This document shows, piece by piece, positions 36,270-44,559 of a stretch of 64,000 nt of DNA. Position numbers and translations under genes: made by a program. Position 1 is the first letter of the stretch. Each line of letters begins with the position of its first letter. Below the pieces are notes generated by a model that was given only the letters and a program-made list of their open reading frames with translations, ran no database searches and had not been told where the DNA came from. Origin of the DNA: Tannerellaceae bacterium (GTDB taxonomy: Bacteria; Bacteroidota; Bacteroidia; Bacteroidales; Tannerellaceae); the NCBI GenBank assembly GCA_032054765.1, contig DAMBSC010000009.1:104948-168947 (forward strand). The letters run 5' to 3'.

Positions 36270-37745
36270 ATGACTCCAGTATCGGTATTAATCACAATAG
36301 CAGTCTACTTTATTGTCTTATTTACAGTTTCCTATATTGCAGGTAGAAAAGCAGATAACGAAGGTTTTTTTGTGGGCAACCGCAAATCATCCTGGTGGGT
36401 AGTCGCATTTGCCATGATTGGTTCAAGTATATCGGGTGTAACATTTGTTTCTGTTCCGGGAATGGTGGGAGCCAGTGGTTTCTCTTATTTGCAAATGGTA
36501 TTAGGTTTTGTTGTGGGGCAATTAATCATTGCATTTGTATTAATTCCACTATTTTATAAAATGAATTTGGTATCCATTTATGGATATCTTGAAAATAGAT
36601 TCGGGGTTTCTTCACATAAAACAGGAGCATGGTTTTTCTTTATTTCGAAAATGTTAGGAGCAGCGGTTCGCTTATTTCTAGTGTGTCTTACCCTTCAATT
36701 ACTTGTTTTTGAACCTTTAAAAATATCTTTCCTCATCAATGTTGTATTTACTGTGGCTTTGGTGTGGTTATATACTTTTAGAAGCGGTGTAAAATCACTC
36801 ATTTGGACAGATTCTTTAAAAACGTTTTGTCTTGTAGTATCCGTCGGACTTTGTATTTACTATATTTCTTCTAATCTGGGACTGAGTTTTAGTGGTATGT
36901 TTAAAGCAATTAATGATAGTGATTTGTCACGTACTTTCTTTTTTGATAATATAAATGAGAAAACTTATTTCTTTAAACAATTCTTTGCTGGTATATTTAC
37001 CATGATTGCTATGACAGGTCTGGACCAGGACATGATGCAGCGTAATTTAAGTTGTAAGAATTTTAAAGACTCACAAAAGAATATGATAACAAGTGGTGTT
37101 ATGCAATTCTTCATTGTGCTACTTTTCCTCATGTTAGGTGTATTGCTTTATATGTTTGCGGACAGGAACGGTATCACTTATCCGGAAAAGAGTGATGAAC
37201 TATTCCCCATGATTGCTACGGGTAACTATTTTCCTATGATAGTAGGTATTCTATTTATTGTGGGCTTTATTTCTTCGGCTTATGCGGCCGCAGGATCTGC
37301 ACTAACTTCCTTAACAACGTCATTTACTGTAGATATCTGGGGAATAGAGGGAAAAAGCGAAGACGAGGTACGGATCAAACGTAAAAAGATTCATGTAGGA
37401 ATGGCAGTCATTATGGGGCTTGTTATTATTGTGATTAATTTACTAAATAATACAAGTGTTATCGATGCTGTTTATACTCTGGCAAGTTATACATACGGTC
37501 CGATCCTTGGTATGTTTGCGTTTGGTATATTCACCAAGAAGCGCGTCAAGGATAAATATATTCCTTGGGTGGCAATTATTTCTCCTATACTATGTTTCAT
37601 TCTTCAAAAGAATTCGGAAGCCTGGTTCAATGGATATTCTTTTAGTTATGAACTATTAATCTTTAATGCCTTGTTTACATTCATCGGATTGTGTTTCTTA
37701 ATTACTAAAAAGGATATTTCGGCAGAAAATACTATTAACAAATAA
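36270..37745 (+). CDS. murT: Sodium:solute symporter family transporter; by position, MurT-like N-acetylmuramic acid transporter
   Basis: 13-14 TM segments with an SSS-family N-terminal motif (FFVGNRKSSWWVVAFAMIGSSISGVTFVSVPGM). It is the first gene of a transporter-kinase-etherase operon, the arrangement described for Tannerella forsythia murTKQ. Confidence 0.65.
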   Translation: MTPVSVLITIAVYFIVLFTVSYIAGRKADNEGFFVGNRKSSWWVVAFAMIGSSISGVTFVSVPGMVGASGFSYLQMVLGFVVGQLIIAFVLIPLFYKMNLVSIYGYLENRFGVSSHKTGAWFFFISKMLGAAVRLFLVCLTLQLLVFEPLKISFLINVVFTVALVWLYTFRSGVKSLIWTDSLKTFCLVVSVGLCIYYISSNLGLSFSGMFKAINDSDLSRTFFFDNINEKTYFFKQFFAGIFTMIAMTGLDQDMMQRNLSCKNFKDSQKNMITSGVMQFFIVLLFLMLGVLLYMFADRNGITYPEKSDELFPMIATGNYFPMIVGILFIVGFISSAYAAAGSALTSLTTSFTVDIWGIEGKSEDEVRIKRKKIHVGMAVIMGLVIIVINLLNNTSVIDAVYTLASYTYGPILGMFAFGIFTKKRVKDKYIPWVAIISPILCFILQKNSEAWFNGYSFSYELLIFNALFTFIGLCFLITKKDISAENTINK

Positions 37746-37748
37746 ATT

Positions 37749-38588
37749 ATGATACTTATAGCAGATAGCGGATCAACAAAAGCTACATGGAGCCTGAGTA
37801 ATGAAGGAAAAATAATTCAGGAAGTGAACGCTTCCGGAATTAACCCTTACTTTCAGTCGGAAGAGGAAATAAGTAACGATATTTTGAATGCCCTATTGCC
37901 TCAACTTAATGTGGATAATAAAGAGATAAAGTCTGTTCATTTCTATGGAGCCGGATGTACATTCGACAAAATAGAGGTGGTACGAAATGCTATCCAACGA
38001 CATATCCCAGCAGATACGGTGGAAGTAAGTACCGACCTTCTTGCCGTCGCAAGAGGTGTATGTGGAAAAGAAGCGGGTATTGCCTGCATATTGGGTACAG
38101 GTTCAAATTCATGTTATTATGATGGGGAGAAGATCGTTAAAAATATTTCACCACTAGGTTTTATATTAGGCGATGAGGGTAGCGGAGCTTCTTTAGGTAA
38201 ATATTTAGTAGGAGATTTATTGAAAGATATGATGCCCAAGGGATTAAAAGAAAAGTTCCTTGAACAATACAGTCTTACTCCGGCCATTATTATTGATAGA
38301 GCATACAGACAACCATTTCCTAACAGATTTCTGGCAAGTCTGTCTCCCTTCTTACTGGAAAATATTCATGAACCTGCAATTAAACAATTGGTTTATTCAT
38401 GTTTCAACTCATTCTTCATACGAAATGTAATGAAGTATGATTATAAGAAATATAATGTAAGCTTTGTAGGTTCTATTGCTTTTTATTACAAAGATATACT
38501 GGAAGAAGTTGCCAAAGACGTGGGTATTATGATAGAAAAAATTGTCAAATCACCTATGGAGGGATTAATTTCTTATCACTCTGTATAA
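37749..38588 (+). CDS. murK: BadF-type N-acetylmuramic acid / N-acetylglucosamine kinase (MurK-like)
   Basis: ADSGSTKATW, FYGAGC, CILGTGSNSCYYDG and FILGDEGSGASLGK. Starts 3 nt after the murT stop and precedes murQ. Confidence 0.7.
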   Translation: MILIADSGSTKATWSLSNEGKIIQEVNASGINPYFQSEEEISNDILNALLPQLNVDNKEIKSVHFYGAGCTFDKIEVVRNAIQRHIPADTVEVSTDLLAVARGVCGKEAGIACILGTGSNSCYYDGEKIVKNISPLGFILGDEGSGASLGKYLVGDLLKDMMPKGLKEKFLEQYSLTPAIIIDRAYRQPFPNRFLASLSPFLLENIHEPAIKQLVYSCFNSFFIRNVMKYDYKKYNVSFVGSIAFYYKDILEEVAKDVGIMIEKIVKSPMEGLISYHSV

Positions 38589-38608
38589 TATAACTAATTC
38601 AGAAAGAT

Positions 38609-39430
38609 ATGGCGTTTGTAAAGATATCTGAGCAGTCTTCTCTTTATGATGATTTAGAGAAGAAGTCTACTCGAGAATTGTTGGAAGAAATTAATAACGA
38701 AGATCAGAAAGTAGCACTGGCCGTTAAAAAAGCAATTCCTCAAATAGAGAAATTAATAGATCTTACTATTCCACGCATTGAACAGGGTGGGCGATTATTC
38801 TATATGGGAGCGGGTACGAGCGGACGCCTGGGAGTTTTGGATGCATCGGAAATACCTCCAACCTTTGGTATGCCTCCAACCTGTATTATAGGAATTATCG
38901 CCGGAGGTGATAATGCGCTTCGCTCACCGATAGAAAATGCAGAAGATGATATAGGACAAGGGTGGGAAGATCTCAAGAAATATAAAATTAACAAAAAAGA
39001 TACGCTCATCGGCATAGCCGCCTCAGGAACAACTCCTTATGTAATAGGAGCTTTGCAGAAGGCACGCCAATATGGTGTTCTTACAGCCTGTATTACAAGT
39101 AATCCCGACTCACCAATGGCAGCAGAAGCAGAAATACCTATTGAAATGATTGTCGGTCCCGAATACGTAACGGGTAGCTCACGTATGAAATCTGGAACAG
39201 GACAAAAGCTGATCTTAAATATGATCTCTACATCCATTATGATAAAACTGGGCCGTGTAAAGGGTAATAAAATGGTTAATATGCAATTGACAAACCAGAA
39301 ACTGGTGGATAGAGGTACCCGTATGATCATGGAGGAATTAGGTATAACATATGATGAGGCACACACCTTATTATTGATTCACGGATCAGTAAAAAAAGCC
39401 ACTGACGCTTATGTGAATGAAGAGGATTAA
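38609..39430 (+). CDS. murQ: N-acetylmuramic acid 6-phosphate etherase
   Basis: SIS-domain etherase signatures (GGRLFYMGAGTSGRLGVLDASEIPPTFG, GIAASGTTPYV, SRMKSGTGQKLILNMISTSIMIKLG, and a C-terminal UBA-like ITYDEAHTLL). Confidence 0.85.
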   Translation: MAFVKISEQSSLYDDLEKKSTRELLEEINNEDQKVALAVKKAIPQIEKLIDLTIPRIEQGGRLFYMGAGTSGRLGVLDASEIPPTFGMPPTCIIGIIAGGDNALRSPIENAEDDIGQGWEDLKKYKINKKDTLIGIAASGTTPYVIGALQKARQYGVLTACITSNPDSPMAAEAEIPIEMIVGPEYVTGSSRMKSGTGQKLILNMISTSIMIKLGRVKGNKMVNMQLTNQKLVDRGTRMIMEELGITYDEAHTLLLIHGSVKKATDAYVNEED

Positions 39431-39440
39431 AGTGTTAAAA

Positions 39441-39487
39441 AATTGCTCCCGTCCTATTTTTATTTGGACGGGAGCAATTTTTTTTGG
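39441..39487. terminator. Rho-independent terminator with a perfect 14-bp stem (AATTGCTCCCGTCC ... GGACGGGAGCAATT) and a T8 tract. It is flanked by an A-tract, so it can act in both directions.
   Basis: Read directly, 10 nt downstream of the murQ stop; the convergent giant-ATPase gene ends at 39517. Confidence 0.65.
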
Positions 39488-39516
39488 GACGGGTCCGAAA
39501 TATTTTCGCAGGCGTC

Positions 39517-42500
39517 CTATTTTTTCGTCATTGCTTGCTTTATACCGGCTAGATTATCATTAAACTCTTCCAACTGGGCTATCACCTGTCCTGCCTGATT
39601 ATCCTTACCGATTCCGGCAAGTTTATTATTTTTATTAAACACTCCTTTAATATGTTCCCAGCGATTTTGTTCAGCATCAGAAAGTAATCCGGCAAGTTCT
39701 TTTAGCTTGAGCAGATTGGCTTCGGCATTTGAAGTGAGCGTTTGTGATTCGCTTTCATAATGTGTTAATATCATTTCATCTATTTCCTTTTTATTCATAA
39801 GCGGGACAATACGGCTTACCATTTTATTCATATCCCGATAAGATCCCTGGAGCTTAAACGACGGTTCTGTACGATAGGCATCCTGCATGGCTGCACTGGA
39901 AATATAATTCTGGTTTACCTTTAGTACGATATCTCTTATCTTGAGTGCATTTTTCACTACAGCAAGGAAATCATCTATCTCCTGCTGTGTATGATTACCT
40001 TCAAGGTCAGGCATAAGATCGTTTTTGGTTTCAACATGATCTACCAGATTATAAAAATCATTGAAACTCTTACTTGCAACCTTTTGCAGATATGGGTTTT
40101 CTATAATGGAGTTTTCCAGAAGACTAAGTTTAAACAAATGCCCTGAGCCTCCTATCACATCTCCAAGATTATATACATCGGCGCGGTTGGCAAGCATATC
40201 AGGAATCTGGAATTTCTCTCCACTTTCTGTATATGGGTTACCTGCCATGATCACACAAAAACGTTTACCCCGCAAGTCGTATGTTTTACTCTCATTGTCG
40301 AATGTACCGTCCATTTTTCGTTGTCCGTCGGCCAAAGAAATAAACTTTTGTAAGAACTCCGAGCTGCAATGCTGAATGTCGTCAATATAGAGCATGACAT
40401 TGTCTGCCATTTCAAATGACAAATTGATCTTTTTAAGTTCCTCACGTGCGCCGGACGTTTTTGCTTCAGCAGGATCTATAGAGGTAATGGAATGACCGAT
40501 TGTTGGTCCGTTTATCTTCACAAAATTTAGTCCCATAATATTTGCCAGGTATTCCATAAGCGTAGTCTTACCATATCCCGGAGGCGATATAAGTAGAAGC
40601 ATCCCCATCCGTGCTGTTCGCTTATTGTCTCCTGCAACACCCAATTGTTTGGCTAAGTTAGAACCGATTAACTGAAGATAGACTTCATTAATCAACTTAT
40701 TACGGACGAAAGAGGTTAATACCCGAGGTTTAAGTTCATTCAGTTTAAGCGATCTCTTATACGTATTGATTATATTCTCTTTAATTTGGGTAAACTCGTT
40801 AAATGCAGGAACGCTGATAGTAGTAAAATGGATCAGTTTTTGCATGAGTTTATGGTAATCCGCGGAATAAATACCGTTTTCAATAATCGGATGACTTCCT
40901 CTTAAATCGTCAATCACAATTGTGTCAGGGCTTCTGCGTAACTCAAATGAAAATTCTTTCAACAAAAGTATACAGGCAGTTTCCCCACGGTATTTCTTAT
41001 ATTTACTATATTTATCTGAAAGCCCTATGAAAGAAGTAAGCCAGTTACGAATCAAGTAATAACGCTCCACAGAGCTAAATGATTCGTCTGAAAGATCAGA
41101 GTTAAAGCTTTCCGATAATTTCTGCTTCTTCAAATATGAATTAAAGGCTGTTTCCAATTCTTTAGACTGTTCGCTGACCGTAAAAGAAGATGAATCAGCA
41201 AACTCGCAAAAGAGATAGAGCGCTACTTGTTCCGGTATGATTTTTTCTAGATTAAAATGGATATTCCATCTGAGGAATAGATCCTGAATATGCTTTGTCA
41301 CATAATGGTAATTCTTTGATCCGGGGAAAGCTTTCAATACATGATGTGCAGAAGTTATTAAGCCACGTACCAGTTCTTTTTCCTTTTGATCAACATTGTT
41401 CCAGAATAATTGGGCGGCCACACGAATCTGAGGACGGAATGAGAGCACACCGAGTTGTTCATGAACAGATATTATTTCATTATAAATTCGTAAAGCATCG
41501 AAATCATGAACACCTTTCATATAAGACTCAGAATAATTTTGCTCTACACGTTTGGCTATAAACTCTTTTGCATCGAAATCATCCTTTTGCATATATTCAT
41601 TGAATGCCAGATAAGCCAGGTTCTCCGATCTGTAAACCATCTTATTTTCTGATACAACTTCTTGTTCCCATATATCCCGATAGCGATTGATTTCCTCGCT
41701 TTTTAGTTCATGATAGAAGTTGGTTCCTGTCAAATGGTAGAATAGAGTATCTTCACGGCGAACAATAGTTAAATCAAGTGCTTGCTTATTTACTGCAAAC
41801 TTATATGTGCCAAGCGAAATGATATTCTCGCCATCTACGAACAATTCCGTTTTATCTTTCAGAATACGGAGAGCATCTTCGAGTGAAGTTTTCAGCGCAT
41901 TCTCCAGATTTTCGGCTTTAGAGACATCACCAAGTTCTTTCAATTCTTCTGAAAGCTTCCGCACTTTATCAACCATCAGATCAGTAGAGTAGAATGCCTG
42001 GATTTCTTCTTTCGATTTAAACGATTGAGCTTTATTCTCAACATTCTTCAATACACGCAGACCTATCTGCTCCAGTGAAGCTGTTCGTCGGTTGATTTGT
42101 TCAATCAGTAAGGCTTTCTTATTGTCGAATGCCTTGATCACCTCATTCCGCTTGTCGGCGATAATTAAAATAAAGTCATCAAAGTCTGCAAACTTACTTT
42201 CCAGTTCTTCTACCTGTACACTAACTTTTGTAAAATAGTCATCGCACTTTTCCGGATTGGTTGCCAGTTCCAGATAGTTGACTATACTTTGCTCCAATAA
42301 CGTTAGCTGAGCTTTAAATTCGCCACCAGCCTCCTTGCTTTTCAGCGAGTCGATCTTTTTTCTCAGTTGAGCCCTAACTTCATTTAGCGAAGAAAAGATT
42401 AATGAAATTTTTTCAATTATACGTGTGGTCTGTGTAGTATCTTCAATCTTCAGACTATTTAGGATATCAATCAGGAGTTCCAGTTCGGAAGAGATCAATT

Positions 42501-44364
42501 TACAATTCTCTTCGATCTTTTGTGCGTCGATTACCTTTTGAACCTTTTCAACTTCACCCCGTTCGACTTTTACTTTTTCTTCATATGGAATCAAAGCCTC
42601 GTCTTTCAGCAGGAAAGCAACAGTTTTATCAGATAATTTTTGCCCCGTTACAGCTAGTGATTCTTTTAACTCTTCAATCTTATCCAGATTGATATATTTC
42701 AGATTGGATTGTTCGATCACTTTTCCCTGCATCATTCGGGTATCAGCTAATAGCTTAACCAACTGATCAAGTGTATCAAAGCGTGCATTCTTTATAGAAA
42801 AAAGCAATGCTTCCACTTCGTTTGTAGTGGCATCCAACACTTCTTTAGCATGTTTCTTTTGGGTTTTAACCTTCTCAAATTCATCAATAGCTGTATTAGC
42901 AACCTCCTTTATTTGAGATAAAGGTTCAGATAAGGCACAGGTTTTAGTGTCTGAAATCCAGAAATATGCATCAATAATATCATTCGATTTCTTTACGATG
43001 TCTTCATATAATCCTTCGTATGTATCTTCTTTATTGATAAGCTGGATCACTTCCTGGCATTCTGCCATGGCTTTTACAATGTCTTTGTTCCCAATCTTAT
43101 ATAAAATATTATTCTTTTTCTCTTTATTTTCTTTCAGTTCTTTCGAGTAAGGCGTTTGCCAAATTTGTACCTGATGATGACGAACTGCCTCTTGTTCGGA
43201 GCGGAAAAAGATTAATGTACCGTCATTGTATAACGTAAAACCATTGCATATAATAGGCGTTTCTACCTGTTGGCGGATAATATTATACGACATAATGACA
43301 TAGACATTCCGTTCGTTCTGATAGAATACATACAAATAGTCTTCCCCATTAGGCGAAGCTACTTTCCGGAAAAATTCCAGATTAGTAAGGTCGCTCTCAA
43401 ATATTTTATATTCTCCATTTTGCAGATAATATCCATTTGGGAAAATAACACCGTGATTATCCGGCAACAAAATCCCCGCATTATTCAGGGTTTTGATATT
43501 TAAGACTTCTTTCGTCCGGGTATTAAATATATATGCCCTGAAATCTTCCTGGTAAGGTTTGATACGAACCAGAATAAGATTCCCCAGATCAGCATAATAA
43601 TACTCGGCATCATCGAGCTGTTGATCCTTATTATCGACCTGTTCAGCGTAAATTCCTTTACCGGTCTGAGTATTATCCTCTATCTTAAATGTAATGTCAC
43701 CACCTGTTGCTTCAATGAAAACCCGATCTTGTATGGATACATGTGGAAATATCCCCAATCTACGATCTTCCAATGTAGTTTTTGTCCATACAAATTCGTG
43801 TTGAGGAGCTCTTACTACTTCATGAATACTTCTGTCATCCTGGTAGATAAGCTTATTTCCTTTAATAAGCCATTTGAAAGCCTTTTCATCAGTGAAGTTC
43901 TTGCTTGTCTGAAATATCATGTAGAGATAATTCTCTGTCCGTCGGAAACGCGAGAATATAGAGTCGCGGTAATATTTATACAAGTTCTTATAGTCCGTAA
44001 TAAATTCAGGATTATTTATCAAATTGAGAGGTTGAGGGATAAACTGGTTATCTTCGAAAGCATAAATACTAAACACATCACTCAGTTGAATATCTGAACG
44101 TAAGCCAAAATGTACATTATACCCAAATATACATAAATTACCCAATGCCATAATACCACGAGCCACACAATTATTCTCCGTATTGATCCGCTGATTGGCA
44201 ATAAGAGAAAAATCTATGGATGTAAATACATCCTTCCTTGCATCGTTAAGTAGATTCAAGCGGTCGGCTAATATATCTTTTTGCGACTGAAGTCGCTTGC
44301 GAATAATCTCGTACGTTCCTGCTTCTAACGTCTCAACAGAGGTTACGGGTTCTTTTTCCTGCAT
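39517..44364 (-). CDS. Giant 1615-aa protein: N-terminal about-450-aa beta-rich domain, about-450-aa coiled coil, helical middle region and a C-terminal AAA_5 (MoxR/McrB/dynein-type) ATPase domain. Function unknown.
   Basis: Single uninterrupted ORF. Walker A (LLLISPPGYGKTTLMEY), Walker B (VMLYIDDIQH), sensor-1 region (FCVIMAGNPYTE) and Arg-containing box (IPDMLANRADVYNLG), in the spacing pattern of the AAA_5 family. Residues about 450-900 have a strong heptad/charged character. No partner genes on either side. Confidence 0.6.
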   Translation of the reverse strand: MQEKEPVTSVETLEAGTYEIIRKRLQSQKDILADRLNLLNDARKDVFTSIDFSLIANQRINTENNCVARGIMALGNLCIFGYNVHFGLRSDIQLSDVFSIYAFEDNQFIPQPLNLINNPEFITDYKNLYKYYRDSIFSRFRRTENYLYMIFQTSKNFTDEKAFKWLIKGNKLIYQDDRSIHEVVRAPQHEFVWTKTTLEDRRLGIFPHVSIQDRVFIEATGGDITFKIEDNTQTGKGIYAEQVDNKDQQLDDAEYYYADLGNLILVRIKPYQEDFRAYIFNTRTKEVLNIKTLNNAGILLPDNHGVIFPNGYYLQNGEYKIFESDLTNLEFFRKVASPNGEDYLYVFYQNERNVYVIMSYNIIRQQVETPIICNGFTLYNDGTLIFFRSEQEAVRHHQVQIWQTPYSKELKENKEKKNNILYKIGNKDIVKAMAECQEVIQLINKEDTYEGLYEDIVKKSNDIIDAYFWISDTKTCALSEPLSQIKEVANTAIDEFEKVKTQKKHAKEVLDATTNEVEALLFSIKNARFDTLDQLVKLLADTRMMQGKVIEQSNLKYINLDKIEELKESLAVTGQKLSDKTVAFLLKDEALIPYEEKVKVERGEVEKVQKVIDAQKIEENCKLISSELELLIDILNSLKIEDTTQTTRIIEKISLIFSSLNEVRAQLRKKIDSLKSKEAGGEFKAQLTLLEQSIVNYLELATNPEKCDDYFTKVSVQVEELESKFADFDDFILIIADKRNEVIKAFDNKKALLIEQINRRTASLEQIGLRVLKNVENKAQSFKSKEEIQAFYSTDLMVDKVRKLSEELKELGDVSKAENLENALKTSLEDALRILKDKTELFVDGENIISLGTYKFAVNKQALDLTIVRREDTLFYHLTGTNFYHELKSEEINRYRDIWEQEVVSENKMVYRSENLAYLAFNEYMQKDDFDAKEFIAKRVEQNYSESYMKGVHDFDALRIYNEIISVHEQLGVLSFRPQIRVAAQLFWNNVDQKEKELVRGLITSAHHVLKAFPGSKNYHYVTKHIQDLFLRWNIHFNLEKIIPEQVALYLFCEFADSSSFTVSEQSKELETAFNSYLKKQKLSESFNSDLSDESFSSVERYYLIRNWLTSFIGLSDKYSKYKKYRGETACILLLKEFSFELRRSPDTIVIDDLRGSHPIIENGIYSADYHKLMQKLIHFTTISVPAFNEFTQIKENIINTYKRSLKLNELKPRVLTSFVRNKLINEVYLQLIGSNLAKQLGVAGDNKRTARMGMLLLISPPGYGKTTLMEYLANIMGLNFVKINGPTIGHSITSIDPAEAKTSGAREELKKINLSFEMADNVMLYIDDIQHCSSEFLQKFISLADGQRKMDGTFDNESKTYDLRGKRFCVIMAGNPYTESGEKFQIPDMLANRADVYNLGDVIGGSGHLFKLSLLENSIIENPYLQKVASKSFNDFYNLVDHVETKNDLMPDLEGNHTQQEIDDFLAVVKNALKIRDIVLKVNQNYISSAAMQDAYRTEPSFKLQGSYRDMNKMVSRIVPLMNKKEIDEMILTHYESESQTLTSNAEANLLKLKELAGLLSDAEQNRWEHIKGVFNKNNKLAGIGKDNQAGQVIAQLEEFNDNLAGIKQAMTKK

Positions 44365-44559
44365 TTGCTTTTCGTGTTTTTAAACGGACAAATGCAAATA
44401 TAATGATAATCTTCAATAAACGAATTGACATGACTTATTACTCTGTCTTAATATACCATATGCTTTAAAGGTATTAACTACTACAATTTATTATAAATCA
44501 TTATAATTTCTTTTAATAAAAAACATTATCTTCGTTTATCCTAAAAAGCTTCTTATAAG

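Noticed and set aside
39517-44364. The giant ATPase was considered as an SMC/SbcC-type DNA repair ATPase or a BREX/McrBC-like defence component.
   Set aside because: The Walker A/B spacing and the sensor and Arg boxes fit AAA_5 rather than ABC-type SMC ATPases. There is no McrC-like, methyltransferase or nuclease partner gene on either flank. I kept it as a function-unknown AAA_5 protein; a defence role remains speculative.
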